Positions 11,706 to 25,639 of a DNA stretch of 64,000 bases are shown here, piece after piece; within the stretch, counting starts at the first letter, position 1; the number at the start of each line of letters is the position of its first letter. This DNA comes from Lytechinus pictus (lineage: Eukaryota). The stretch lies in the NCBI RefSeq assembly GCF_037042905.1, contig NC_087263.1, forward strand, positions 12,650,001 through 12,714,000, written 5' to 3'. The notes under the pieces are model-generated. The model searched no databases. It saw nothing but the letters and a program-made list of their open reading frames with translations, and was not told the origin of the DNA. Position numbers and translations under genes: made by a program.

Positions 11706-13610
11706 TTAGGCATTACTTTGATTTTTTAAATTCATGGATGTGGAGAAATAATCCACATCATCCTCACAACTCTTGCTTGAAATACTGGTGCTTTCTTGTG
11801 ATATTAATTTATAAAAAATATGTTCTGTACATTTGTTGTGACTCATGGTCTTTACATTTATGTTTGCTGTGTCATTCTGCAGTGTTAATAGATATCTATT
11901 TATAAAATACATTTATTTAGCCTTTATATTCATTTGGTGCTGTCTGCTCTATGCCTGATATGTGTTTTGAGTTATATTGCAAAAGCCTCCATTTATTTGT
12001 CATTTTGCCAATAAGTATTAAATACCTGGTAACATCTTATCAAATCCTTGGCCCGTTAACACAAGATTTCTTGTTCCTACTGTATGTAAGTTAAAAAAAT
12101 GTGAGATTTCATAAAGTAGCTGCTTAATTATCATTCCATGTTTTGAGGAATCATTCTTTCTTTCATAATGAATCTAAATGACAATCGACTGCTTGTTGTA
12201 GGTGTCTCTAAAGTCAACCTTCCTATTTTTACCTTGATTTATTTCAAATTTTTGTCAAAGATGACAGCTTCAGAAATGCAATTTAGAAATTGTACATATT
12301 TGTCACTTGTCAGTCAAGAGGATTGAGTTGTTTTCATCACATGAAGCGATAGACTAATAATTTGCTTTTCTATCTCAGTATTTCAATGCTGATATTAGCC
12401 GAATTTCTCTCAGTAATTTTTTTTCTTGGCAATTTGACAAGTCACGTCATGGCATTAATTTTCGTTGACAGTTTATTGCTTCATTGGAAGTAAAATTTCT
12501 CAATTTGCTGATAAAATGAAGGGAATTTAATAAAATTTTCTTGCTTTCATTAACAGTAATACTGTTCTTCGACCCACAATGTAATGTATCAGCTTTATTA
12601 TTTATTTTTATTTTACTGTTTTGTCTTTGCAACTCAAGCTATTTTATCAAGTGATGTTTATTATCAAAGTACATGTATTTTTCACCTGATTTTAATGAAA
12701 TTCTATTCTTGAAAAATAAAGCTACTATGTCAAAGGGAAGGTCTACATGATCATCAACTCTTAAAATTGAAAGATTTTGCAGAAAAAAATATAGTTATTT
12801 GATATCACCTTGGTTTATCTCCAGTGCAATAAATTTTGACACAAGACATCTCAGATTATTTTCAATTCATTTGAAACAATTATGGTAACAATAATATATT
12901 GGTGCTCTCGGTACTTCAAAGCATATTAATGACTATAAATACACGTACATTGCAAGTTCAAAAGTTCAACAATGAATCCACACAATGTCTGTCCAAAATT
13001 GCTCTGGACAGGTATAAAATGAACATTTCTTGTCATCCAATTTTAACGTGTTAAACTTCGAATTTGGAGAAATCATGTGAACAGGGAAAAAATTGTATAA
13101 CTATATTCACAATACTTGGAAGAAAGCATATAACATGGTGGCCTGTTACAGCATATGCCATTGTACACAAGTTCAGGATACCACATTGAAAGGGAGCAGA
13201 ACATTTTCTCACGTCTCAAAAAGGGCTAAAAGCTGCTTGGAATAATTTGTGAAAAATTTGCACTGTTCTGCAACATTTTAAATCTTGAAAACTGTAGATT
13301 ACTTTTAGATAGATTTTTTTTGCCTTCTGTGTATCTCATAAATGAATTTATTGTGTGTGCGACTTTTAAATTCATTGTACTTATATTTTTAGTTCTTTCC
13401 ACCTTTCCGTCCAATATATTTTATTTTCATTTCAAGATATAGAGAATATTGTTTTATGTGGCAGGCTATGTAATTTCAAAATAGCCTGGGCTACGTAAGT
13501 TCAATGTTTCATTAAATGGTGAAGTTTATTGTCATCAACATGTATTTGTTTACCATGCATTAAAACAGTAAGTTTAGTAAAATTAGTTTTATAGCATGAA
13601 CTTACAAGAT

Positions 13611-13761
13611 CTGGGGCCTGTTGCAGAAAGAGTTGCGTTTAAACGCAAGTCAAAATATCAAGCGCAAGTCCCGAATACGGGTGCTTCATTGGCTGAAAAT
13701 CAAGTTGCGCAAGATATTTTGAGTTGCGTTTGATCGCAACTCTTTCTGCAACGGGCCCCTG
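13611..13761. mobile_element. Short MITE (GGGGCCCGTTGCAGAAAGAGTTGCG family; also 8168-8317 and 28693-28841)
   Basis: three dispersed copies with inverted termini. Confidence 0.8.
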
Positions 13762-14029
13762 AACGTTTAAAGTATTTATTACATGTATAAACATATTAAT
13801 TCTTTATTGTAAATCAACATTCACATTCACATATTCAGATAGGATTAGGAAGCGTAAGTCTTACTTAGTCATCTGTTATGTAATTTATGGAGCAAGCCTA
13901 GCCTATCTTTGAATTTTCTCAAATTCTACTCGACACTGCCTATGTGTACTTGTGACAGAAGAAAAAAGTCTTTCTTGTGCTATTTTTGTGCCATCGTTGT
14001 AATTCACTGACTACTTAATTGTCATTAAA

Positions 14030-14500
14030 AAAATCAAATCCTTTATATCAAGAATCACCTTTTGTTAAAGACATTAAAAAATATAAAAATGTTTGTATCT
14101 AGAATATAAAGAAACACCTTTTGTTGAAATTATTAAGAAATCAAATCCTTTATATTAAGAATATTAACAATCACCTTTTGTTGAAATTATTAAGAAATCA
14201 AATCCTTTATATTAAGAATATTAACAATCACCTTTTGTTGAAATTATTAAGAAATCAAATCCTTTATATTAAGAATATTAACAATCACCTTTTGTTGAAA
14301 TTATTAAGAAATCAAATCCTTTATATCAAGAATATTAAGAATTACCTTTTGTTGAAATTATTATGAAATCAAATCCTTCATATGAAGAATATAAAAACAT
14401 TGATCACCTTTTGTTGAAATTACTAAGAAATCAAATCATTTATATTAAGAATATAAAGCATCACCTTTTGTTATTAAAATTATCAAAAATAAAATTATTT
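14030..14500. repeat. 57-bp AT-rich minisatellite, about 8 copies
   Basis: unit tcaccttttgttgaaattattaagaaatcaaatcctttatattaagaatattaacaa; central copies near-identical. Confidence 0.9.
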
Positions 14501-17500
14501 ATATCAGGAAATTTGTGTTTAGAAAAAAGGCATATTTTGGTATATAAGAAATAGACAAAATGGATTGCCATACTTTATACAATGTATGTATACGTTGGCA
14601 TTTGCTAGCTAAACAACCCTTAACTTTCTGAATAATGACAAATTACTATTACTAAAAAGTGAATATGAATAAATGTAAAGATTATATTTATGTACCGGTA
14701 TATGTTTGTAAGTTAATAAATGTATGAGCCTGTAAAATATACATCTTTTAAATCACTTACAATTTGTAAATTTTGGTAACTAAATTCAAATCATAGATCA
14801 TTCATAATAAGTATCATGCATTTTATTTCATAGTATCTTAACTCGATAATCGCATCCATTGTAGGTTACTGTGTAAACATGTAATTATATATAATCTGTA
14901 TTAAAATGAAATGGATGAATTTTCTTAATTTATCATGGAATAATGTTATTAATAATATTGTAGGAATATGTGATTGATTGATGTATTTCAAAGATAATTG
15001 AAGTAGTAGGAAAACAGTGATGATTTTCTTTAAATATATTTTGATTATTAATATGCATTGACAATCTTATTCATTTCTGAAAAAACCATAGTTAAGTTGG
15101 AAGAATACATGTAGTTTTATTTGCATTAAGAAATTATTCACCACAAATCATTTTCTCTGACACAAGAATTAAAAAGATAAGTGGTATATATATATATCAT
15201 TTATAGTGTCATGTATTTTTACATTCCATTGTACATGTGCTTTAGACAAGCATGTTTGAAATGGCGTTTAGTCTCTCTTTGTAAATTCTGTGATGGGTTC
15301 TCCACAAACTGTTTAATCTATAGCAAATGTTGCCTAACTTGAATCGTAAAATTTAATGGCAAGTTAATGTGGTAGAAAATATGTTAAATTATCCGTGAAG
15401 ATTTTTAATCAAATTTATGTGGAAACCGGGGCCCCGCCTTACGAAGAGTCACAATTGATCCGATCAACCTCAAATGTATGGAAATCCATCAGTGCCATAT
15501 TTTTGTCTGCAGGAAATTTGCACAATGTCCTGTGTAAACAAGAGAAGCGCCTTCACTTTTCAAGAAAGCAATTAATGTAGGTGTCACACGCGTAAAACAT
15601 TCCCCATAGACTTGTGTGTTAAAATGGCACTTTTGAAAAATTCATGAAAAATAAACTTGAAATTTGAGGGTCGAATGTTTGCTACCATTGGATAGGATAT
15701 AATTATGATATTCCATATCTGACCAGAGAAGGGTATCGTAGCCAGCTCATTTTAAAAATAAATCGCCATTTATGAAGATAACTATGATGGGATCAAATTG
15801 ATAAACTCAAACAGTGAAATAGCCCTAATTCTTCCGCCAGTCAAAAATAGTTCCAAAGTCATTGATCAATATCTTCCCAATTTGGGCAAAGGAAGTTCAG
15901 TAGTTACCATTTCTAGAATCAGTGTTAGATTTTCAATTATATTCATACACTTTTGTTAATCAGCAATATCAAATTGATAAAAATTTGAATGGGTTGGGTT
16001 GAACGAATATCTTTAGCCGTCCTGATGTAATTAGGCTCGTGGCACCGGTACATGTATCAATTAACAGCATATCTAGAAATTATTTTGAACAAACATGCAT
16101 TTTAGATTCTGATGTTGCTGGATTTCCATAGTTGTGATTGATCAGATCAATCGCAACTCTTTGTAAGACGGGCTCAGATATTATTTCACACCTTTTGCAC
16201 TGTAAAGCTTTCGCTTACCATGCCTAACATAGCAGAAAGCAATGTAGACTGATGGGATTCCAAATGTTCAATATAATCAATTTTTAACACTGTGATAATT
16301 TGAAACATGTGCTTTTGTTTAAATCCATTTTACTCGTGCCCATATTTTATCATGTCTTGTTTTTTTAATGCAACTCATACATAGTGTAATAAAATATAAT
16401 AATATATACAATATTTTATGAAGGACAATCTGATAGGAAAAAACTTTCATTTAAGAAAATGTTTCATATACCTCTAGGTCCTACCTATAGGTAATACCAT
16501 AAGTAAACCTTGGTTACTTCAATTAGAAATTAGACAGAAAGTTAGTCCAGACTTCTATGGAATGCTAGGCTTTTTTATATGTTAATTAGATTTTCTTGAC
16601 AATCGTACTATTCCAAGGAAATAATTGAAAACACATTCCTACTCTTATTTTCTTGTTTCATTCCATTGGAAAAGTTCTGGAACATTTCATTTTCAGATTG
16701 AAAGGAACTATATTTGAGTTGTTAAATAGCATTCCGCCTTAGTTTGGTCTTTAGAAGTTAAGAGCTGATTCTTCCCCAACATCAATTGATTTTAATAAAA
16801 GGACAACCAAATATAAATAACAATGAGTGATTTTACTACATCATAATCAGATGTTCATTTTGTTCTTTAAAAGTGCTTGGCTGTTACAATTGTTCTGGGA
16901 AATTGGGCAAAATGTTAAAATGACATAATTATCTTATTCTTCATGGGATTTTGATGACAATTTTCAGAGATATACTTACAAGTTTTTGTGAGTCACCCAT
17001 ATCAAATTGCTGCTGGGATAGAGTTATCCTTTTCTGCTATAAGAAACTTTCATTTTAATTGTGTAAAATATAGATATATATATATATGGTTAGTCGTGTT
17101 CTCATCTATGTATTCATCTTAAGATGCTCTTATCCTGAATGTGTTGCCTGTGTGTGCATTATATATAACTAAAAAGCTACTGACAGCATTATTTATTTTT
17201 GTGGTATTAAATGAACTATTTTAATCTTTGTATATGTGTATCAAACGTTGTGTAAAAAACAAGTATCAGATATCGATTGGGGTTTGGAAAACTCACGAAA
17301 GATATTGTGTCTTAGGTAGTTAAAAAGTTGTAAATTTCTGAAGATGATTATTTCAATGCATTGACAATCAACAGTGTATGGACCTTATGCAATGACATCA
17401 TGATATCATAGCGCCCTCCCTCAGAGGATATAGGAATATGTATGAAAGGAGTTGTCAGAGATGTGCCAGCTGCAGATCACTGACGCATGCAAAGCAATGG

Positions 17501-18088
17501 CCTCAGCCTCTAAGATGGCGGCGTGATGATGTCAGAGCAAAAGGTCCATTTCTTGGCCAGTATTCAAATTTGGGCTTGGATTAAGTTAAACTTCGTATTA
17601 CCATAAGTTATGATATTTTGATACTATGATTTAGAAGCAATGTGTTGCAAAGTCCTCACTGATTTAAGAAATGCATGAAAATTGAAATGTGAAAATGTAA
17701 ATTTCTGCATAGCTTAATTGTATTAACTGCTGTCCTGCCTGCTAAGCAATTCCTTCATGATATTGGGGAATGTACTGTTAACATTAAATTTTCACATTGA
17801 ATTTCCCATGAGATGCTGAGAATCATATCTGAGCATAAAAACCTAAGTAGAGTTCCTTCTGACTTAACTATTTAATTGTGCGCCAGACGAGGAGTGTACA
17901 TAATATTATTAACATATTTGTTTGGAATATAATAATCATGTATCAAAATTAAATCAAAGAATCAGTGCTAAATTGTGTTTCCTTTTGTTATGTTAATGTC
18001 TTTGAATGCCTCATAGCCAGAAAATTGGAATAGTGAACAATACCTCGACTCAACCAAGCAAGATGATGGTGGTGGTGATAATGATGGT

Positions 18089-18341
18089 CACTGGCGGATC
18101 TAGGGGTGGGGGCAAAGCCAGCCCGTGCCCCCCCCCTTTTGAGAGGCACAATTGAAATGTTTGTAATGTAAAAATGCCGTAAAACAGAAGTGTGCCCCCC
18201 CCTCACCGCGCTTTGAAAGTGAAGACCTTTCCTTTTTTTGCTTATTATTATTTTTTTGTTGAAAACTTTTTTTTTTCCTTGTCAAATTTATTTTTGGGAA
18301 AATGTGCCCCCCCTTTTGGAAAAATCCTGGATCTGCCCCTG
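18089..18341. mobile_element. hAT-like MITE inserted in a (GAT)n tract
   Basis: CACTGGCGGATC...GATCTGCCCCTG; 8-bp TSD ATGATGGT/ATGATAGT. Confidence 0.75.
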
Positions 18342-18525
18342 ATGATAGTGATGATGATGATGAAATGTTGAAGGTGGTGGTAATAATGATTAAAATGATG
18401 TTATGATGACGATGGTGGTGATGATGATATGATTTGGATGATGATATGATGATATGATATGATGAAGATGATTGATGATGATGATATGATGATGATATGA
18501 TGACGATGATGGTCATAATGATGAT

Positions 18526-18557
<32 letters not shown>

Positions 18558-18790
18558 GATAATGGTGGTAGTGTTAATTATAAATTATGATGATGGTTAT
18601 GATTGTGGTGGTGGTGATGGTGGTGATCATGGTGATGATGATGGTGGTAAAGGTATGTTAAAGGTGCATCATAATGATGATTATAGTGATATAGTGATGG
18701 TGATGATTATAAATATGATGATGGTGGTGATGGTAATAATATAGTGATGATTTTTGTGATGGTAATGATGATAATGGTGATGGTGATTTA
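18342..18790. repeat. Degenerate (GAT/GGT)n microsatellite
   Basis: direct inspection. Confidence 0.9.
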
Positions 18791-19281
18791 TTGGTATATG
18801 CACATTATATTGACCAGCAGCAAGGCTGAATGGGTCAATTTACAAGTATAATAAAAAAAAACCAAACATAACAAGTACAGTAAATACAATATTCAGCTTA
18901 ATGATAGAATGGCATCAATAATCATGGAAATCAATTTGCATGCTGGAGATCTATATGTATATCATGAATATAAAAAGATGGATAAGAGAAAGCCGTGAAG
19001 GAGCAAAAATAAAGATGATGATGATTGTGATAATGAGGATGACTATAATGATTTTGATGATGATGGGAGTGGTGATATGATGTAATAATCATGAACAGAA
19101 TGCATATGTCAGAAAATATTGTAAATTCAAATTGAAATTGGAAGTTTTTCTTATTTTCCTATTAATATTCCCCCCCCCCCGTATTTATTCATTTTTTCTC
19201 CTCTTATCTTTCTCCTCTCCTTTCATTTTTCTTTTACTTTTTTCCCTTTCATTCTTCCTCATTTTTCTTTTACTGAGACCA

Positions 19282-19350
19282 CAGTGTCGTATGCAGGGGA
19301 TGGTTACAGGGGTTCAAACCCCTTAAATTTGTTTGATACTCTCCCCCCCC

Positions 19351-19384
<34 letters not shown>

Positions 19385-19566
19385 AAGACCTTTTTATTTA
19401 TTTTTTAAAAACTTATTTATTTATTTTTTTGCTTGTAAATTTTTTTTCAGGGTAGGAAACGACCTAAAATCGGTGGTGAAGACCTTTTTTTCTTTTTATT
19501 TTGGGTTGTCAACATTTCATTCAGCTTGAACCTCCCCCCTTTAAAAAAATCCTGCGTACGCTACTG
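19282..19566. mobile_element. hAT-like MITE just upstream of TNPO3
   Basis: CAGTGTCGTATGCAGG...CCTGCGTACGCTACTG termini. Confidence 0.65.
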
Positions 19567-19579
19567 CGTGAGACCCCCA

Positions 19580-19824
19580 CCCCTCAGCCCCCTGCCCTCC
19601 ACGGCGTACCATAACAAGCAGCGCAGAAATCTGGATCCGAACGATCCGAGCAAGCCAAGCCTCTGCCCTTTGACGTGTGTGTGCATGCATGTACGTTATA
19701 TATGATAACCGGAATACTGCACGTGAACATATATCCGACTGTGAAAAGTTTGAAAACCCAAATCGGAAGGTCGAGTGTCTTGACTGTTTTGCGCTGTATC
19801 CTGATGATATAAACTCCTAAAATC
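19580..19824 (+). promoter_or_regulatory. Probable TNPO3 proximal promoter / 5' UTR
   Basis: locally CpG-rich unique sequence directly upstream of the ATG; TSS cannot be determined. Confidence 0.4.
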
Positions 19825-19941
19825 ATGGATTCTGCACCGCCAGTAGATACAGTGGCAGCTGCCATCCATGCATTGTATCACAATCCAGATGCAGCAGAAA
19901 AAGAGAGAGCCTCAATGTGGTTGCAAGAATTTCAGAGATCG
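19825..19941 (+). CDS. TNPO3: Transportin-3 coding exon 1 (MDSAPPVDTVAAAIHALYHNPDAAEKERASMWLQEFQRS)
   Basis: aatcATGg start, TCG|gtaaat donor; ALYH.PD...KERAS.WL...QRS matches the TNPO3 N-terminus. Confidence 0.93.
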
Positions 19942-21114
19942 GTAAATTTATATTGTTCCCTTTTTTTTAACCCCCACTCAATTCAATGAATTATGAAGGT
20001 GATTGTGGGATGTGAGGACTGAGGACTGTGTCTGTGTGAGAGTGATTGTGCGTGCATATCTCATCAGTCATGAATATGGTAATTCATTGGTATTTGACTG
20101 TTGTCATGTTTGATGGTCTGATGACGGCATAAAACAGAATAGATCTATCCTAACGTTAGATAATTAACTAACTGATGTGATGTGATGGCAGTGATGTGGA
20201 ATTTGTGCAAAATTTTCAGTGTTTACTTTTCAAAATTCGACAAAAAAACCCGAAAAATATAATTCGTTCACTCACAAACAAAAACAGTTCACTTCATAGT
20301 CATATATTTTAATACAAATAAACCAAAATCATAAATTTCAAACAAAATTAAGGCAAGATCCTAAAGTCAATATTGCGCATCGGAATCATAATGATAAACT
20401 TTAAAGTTTAGTTGGTCAACATGATCAAGGCCAGGGTTTCGTTGCGCTGGTATCGTGATCTAAAAATTCTAACTTTATGGCGATCGGCTAAAGCCTTGAG
20501 ACTTAAGAAGTGCGATCAGCTGAACTGAGAAAGTGAAATAAAAATAATTTATGCACAATACTTGTTTTGCAAAGGCAAGCGTTATAAAAGAAGTCAAGCA
20601 AACAAGGTAATTTGAACATCAGGGGGGCGTTTCATGAAAGGACTTGTCGGACGTTTTATCCGACAAGTCCCATTTTATCCGACAGTTACCATAGGAACAG
20701 TGCCTCTCTGCCAATCAAAATCATGGAAAGATGTCAGATCTGACAACTTGTCGGATGAAAATATTGATGAAACGCTCCCCTGATGAAGGTCAATAATCCA
20801 AATATTGGTTGCTTTCACATTTTACTTGTTTGAAGACTTCCACCTGCTTAATTTCGAGTTTGCATTCATGTTGAGAAGTTCAGGTTTTTCTCGAACTGAC
20901 ACACACCGTCACAAGGTAACAAAATTTGCAGAAGTTTTGATAGTTTTTTTGTAAATCAAGGAAACCTTTAACTTACTAGAAACCTTACATGTATCTTAAA
21001 GAAAGTTACTCCACCAGGTAATTTTGAGGTTGCTTTATCAGTTGTTGTAATCAGAGTTTGATTATGAAGGGTGGGGGGGGGGGGCATGTATGCACACCAA
21101 CAAGTTTAACTTAA

Positions 21115-21697
21115 AGGACAAGTCCACCCCAACAAAAAGTGGATTTGAATAAAAAGAGAAAAATCCAACAAGCAAAACTAGCATCAAACTCAGATGTAAA
21201 ATAAGAAAGTTAGGACATTTTAAAGTTTCGCTTAATTTCGCTAAACAGTTATGCACATCTTGGTTGGTATGCAAATGAGAAAACTGATGACGTCATCCAC
21301 TCTATTTCTTTTGTATTTTTATGAAATATGAAATATTCTCATTTTCTCCTCATTGTCAAGTGAAAAAACTATTATTTCCTCCCTGAACATGTGGAATTAG
21401 CATTGTTTAATATATAGTTCAGTCAAGTTGGTCGTTATTGTCAAATCTGTAAAAAATGAAATATTGTATAATTCAAACAGTGAAAAACAAAAGAAACAGT
21501 GAGTGAGGGACATCATCGACTGTCTCTTTTGCATGTCACTGAGTTGTGCATATCACTGTTTTATGAAAAATAAGGGAAACTTTAAAATGTCATAACTTTC
21601 TTATTTTACATCCGATTTTAATGAATTTTCAGCGTTATGCTAGTTTGATTTTTCTCTATTGATTCAAATCAACATTTTTCTAGGGTGGACTTGACCG
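21115..21697. mobile_element. Kolobok-like TTAA MITE (partial second copy about 41278-41625)
   Basis: TTAA|AGGACAAGTCCACCC...GGGTGGACTTGACCG|TTAA. Confidence 0.78.
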
Positions 21698-22366
21698 TTA
21701 AGATTAAGATTTTTGATGGGGGTGATTATCAGATTATGGTATTGGTTCCAAAGATGATAAGAACAGCCCTGGGTGACTTTAAATTAACTAGATCTATGGT
21801 TAATTGTTTGATAATGACAACTTCAAATGGAGAAAATGCACGAGGGTGATTTTGCCCTTTTCAATATAGCCCTTTTCACAGCCCAAATCACCCCTGAAAT
21901 CCTACAAATGAGATGCTTTGGAGCTTTTTAAGATTTTTGCAAAGATCTGCCACAAAAATTATTTCAATTTCAAGAATAAAGAAAATCAATATTCTACATT
22001 GGAAGGAATAATGATATTTGCATTAAATTGCATTTTAAATGCTTGCACAAACAAATTAGCCCTTCAAATTCAGGAAATATCATACAAAATTCAGCGATTG
22101 CTCTAAAGCAAGTACAAAATTAGCCCCCCCCCCAAAAAAAAAAGAAAATGATTTCTAACCTAAAAACATGTCAGTGCTGACTTTGGTCTCTTGAAGATCC
22201 ACTATTGAATTATTTTCCTTTCCTTGTAGACCTATGTTTTTTGTTCTTATAACTATTTCTTGTCTTTTTGAAATTTATGAGACTCTCACTGCTCAATAAT
22301 ACATATTAGCTTCTTTTCCTTATAGACCTGACCTGTCCATTTTTATTCTTTCTATAAACCTTTCAG

Positions 22367-22456
22367 TTGTTTTCATGGGAGATCTCAGATCAGTTATTGC
22401 AGCTGAAGAGGGACGTTGAAACCTGCTACTTTGCTGCCCAGACTATGAGAACCAAG
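22367..22456 (+). CDS. TNPO3: Transportin-3 exon 2 ([30 protein letters not shown])
   Basis: tttcag| and AAG|gtgagt; importin N-terminal motif WEISDQLL...CYFAAQTM. Confidence 0.95.
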
Positions 22457-23614
22457 GTGAGTCTGAAGACAAGGGGCCGTTAACACAAAGCTTTGGGATT
22501 GATCCTACTGTTTACCTATGATTGATTGCACATAGTGATCAATATAATCAGTCGTAAGAATCAGCACTAAAATCGGTTGCTAAGCTTTGTGTAACATTAC
22601 CAGGAGGGTGTTTCATAAAGCTGTTCGTAAACAGCGGCTTTAAGAACGATTGGTGATCCTTTCTTACGTGCTAAATAATCACCAATGAACATTTATTGGT
22701 GAATATCATTTACCACAAGGAAGGATCACCAGTTGTTCTTAAAGTCGCTCTTAACTTAAATATGAAATACCCACCAGGGCCCTAACATTTAATTGCAGTT
22801 GATCAGGGTGGTGTTTCACAAAGATTTAATTATGACTTAGAGTCGTAATTAAACGCCTAGTTGCATGCGTTATACAAGGCATGACCACATTGGTCAGATC
22901 ATGCCAACAGGATGCGCACTACTGCGTATTAATAAGATTGCGCATTGCATATCATGTACGCGTCAGCATTTAAGTGCGATTGTTAGTCATACTTAAATCT
23001 TTGTGAAACACCCCCCAGTTATGATGAATGTATTTTTTTTAACAGCTGCTGCTCATGTTTTTTATTTTTTCATTCTTTTTTTTAATAAATATGTTCAAAC
23101 ACATAAATACATGTAAATAAAATGAATGAATGAATAAAAAAATGAAATTAATGCTACTCCATTTACATACTACACATAATTTCTATAAAAGGTAGCATGA
23201 TAAATGCATTTTACTAAATGATAATCAAACAATTTTATGCTTTTGAAATCTGAATTCTTTTCACAGGATATCAACTCAAGGGAAACTCAAAGAGAATTTG
23301 AGAAAGTTTTTTGACTAGGATATCATCATACAAAAACAAATGACTAAAAATTTAAGTTCCCATACCTTGTGTAAAAGAGATAATGAGAAAAATTCTTGCC
23401 CCCAACTTACAGATCCAGTATTCCTTTTCACAAGTTAAAATCTTGTGTAAATTTGAGAGATCTGTTGATATCATTACCAGACAATACCCAAACTACTCCA
23501 CTGTTCAATTCTGTAGGCCTACACCTCATCAAGAATATAAAATAGTAGAATATGGAAGGTATGTAAAATGTATAATTGCTCCTTTTTATCAAAAAATATT
23601 TATATCCATTTCAG

Positions 23615-23802
23615 ATCCAGTATTCATTTCACGAGTTGCCGATGGAATCTCACGAGAATTTGAGAGACTCGTTGATTAATCATCTTCAGATGATGAGTGA
23701 CCCGAAGTTTCACGTGATCACAACGCAGCTTTGTCTTGCCCTGGCTGACCTGGCCTTACAGATGACGCAGTGGAAGAACTCAGCGTCTTTTCTCATTCAC
23801 AG
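23615..23802 (+). CDS. TNPO3: Transportin-3 exon 3 (IQYSFHELPMESHENLRDSL...TQLCLALADLALQMTQWK)
   Basis: tttcag| and AG|gtacat; phase 0-2. Confidence 0.95.
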
Positions 23803-24078
23803 GTACATGTACATTTAATTCCCCCCAAGTGCCTAATGAAGACATGCGGGCTTTGAATTTCTTTAAAATTTTTTTTATGTGTTTCTTGATTTTCCAAGCA
23901 CATACAATCACAATATTTGATATTCATACCTATTGGATAGGGTTACAAACAAAACAATGCAAACAATTGTTGGAATAAAGTCGACAAATAAACAAGGATT
24001 TGGTGGTAATAACTTCATTTGCTGGCTACAGCAAATAAAGTTTCTTTTTCTGTTGCCTTTTGAACCAACACTCTGCAG

Positions 24079-24238
24079 GTTCTACAGCTCCAACGCTTTA
24101 CACATCCCTCTACTGATTGAGCTTCTGACGGTGTTACCCGAAGAAGTGGACAGCCATTCACTAAGACTGGGCCTCAACAGAAGAGAAGAGTTCAGGGGAG
24201 AGCTTGGCGAGGCTGCCGGCACTGTCATTGATCTGCTG
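24079..24238 (+). CDS. TNPO3: Transportin-3 exon 4 (LLIELLTVLPEEVDSHSLRLGLNRREE)
   Basis: ctgcag| and CTG|gtaagt; LE.LTVLPEEV.S.SLR.G.NRR motif. Confidence 0.95.
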
Positions 24239-25480
24239 GTAAGTTGCCAAGGCCCGAACCAAGGCAAAGACACGTGCATCCCGTGCTGGTCTTCAGGTCC
24301 CAGTGGGACGTGTGCACCGATTTCTTCGCAGTGGACAAATTTGTTTTGTTAAGCAATCTTGAAATGTTTATCATATTCCAGAATGCTTTTTTCGAACAAC
24401 GAAGTATAATTAAGATAATTCAGGCTTGCCAGAAATAATATTAATTTACTTACCAATTTTTTTTTTTCCTGGTTTAGTTAACACAGGAAACAACATGTGG
24501 GATTACAATTCAAACAGATGGGCTTTTTTCAGTGATTTTTCTGATCATCATTTGTTAATTCTCTGTTATTTGTACATTTTCCTGAAAATTGTTTGGCAAA
24601 ATCATTTATTTATAGTTTTTATATGTTCAGTTTTTGTGATCATTTTTATTTTCTGTTACCAGTATGAGAGTTAATCTTTAAAGTTAAAGCTAAATGAACG
24701 TAGTTGCAGTAAAACACTGATTTCGTGAGAAAGTCTGTAAAACCAAGGTAAAGTATTGATATATCATCGTGGATCTAGATCTGGTACAGTTACATAAAGT
24801 TAACTTTGTGAAATCATAATATCTAGCTAAAAATCGATCAAACTGAAGATCGCCAACACAGATAGGCACACGTGGGACAGTGTATTGTTATTGCTGGAAT
24901 AAAGACGCGACGGAAGTGACCAAATCTGCGCTTATTTTGCTTATTTCTCAGCAATTACACAATTTCTTCCAGAATCCTTTGGCACATATTTTTTATTCAT
25001 ACAAACAGACACTTTGGTGATCATTATATTAAATTCTGTAAAAAGTCATTTTGAGATCGTTCCCACAACTGGAATTTACCTTCAAGGATCTCAAAATGAG
25101 TTCGAACAGAATCCAATAAAATGACCATCCAAGTTTTTGTGTAGATCTATAAATAAAAAATATGTGCCAAATGGCTCTGGAAAAAAAGGGTAATTGCTGA
25201 GAAATAAGCATGAAATTCCATAAAATGTCAGGTATGTTTCGAAGCAATATTAATACACTGTCCCACATATGCCTTTTTGTGTTAGTTATCATCAGAATGA
25301 TTGATTTTCAGCTAAGATTTCATCATTTCCACAAAGATGAGTTGATTTCAATGCACCAGATCTAGATCTATGATAATATTGTGGTATTCAACCTTTATTT
25401 TAAAAGCTTTCTCATGAAATGATTGTTTTCTACAATTCCTTTTTTTTTACCCTTAACATCATTTTGTTTCTTAATTGCAG

Positions 25481-25624
25481 ACTGCATGTTCAGAGAATTA
25501 CCTCAACGACCAGAGATTACTTGGGAAGATCTTCAAGTGTCTAGCGAGCTGGTTCTACATCCGCGTGTGTCCTAGTGAAGAGATGTCCCAGAGCAAGATA
25601 ATAACACTACTCTTTGAAATACTG
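25481..25624 (+). CDS. TNPO3: Transportin-3 exon 5 (TACSENYLNDQRLLGKIFKCLASWF...)
   Basis: ttgcag| and CTG|gtaaga; 144 bp, phase 0-0. Confidence 0.92.
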
Positions 25625-25639
25625 GTAAGATCAATTATG

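Noticed and set aside
14121..14554. Repetitive ORF (HLLLKLLRNQILYIKNINN)n
   Set aside because: By-product of a 57-bp minisatellite whose length is a multiple of 3; no splice or start context.
19584..19881. Antisense ORFs over the TNPO3 start suggesting a divergent gene
   Set aside because: No recognisable protein and no further minus-strand exons found upstream.
23383..23614. Extra TNPO3 exon starting IQYSFSQV
   Set aside because: Degenerate echo of the exon 3 acceptor; it diverges after six codons and is not needed for a continuous reading frame.
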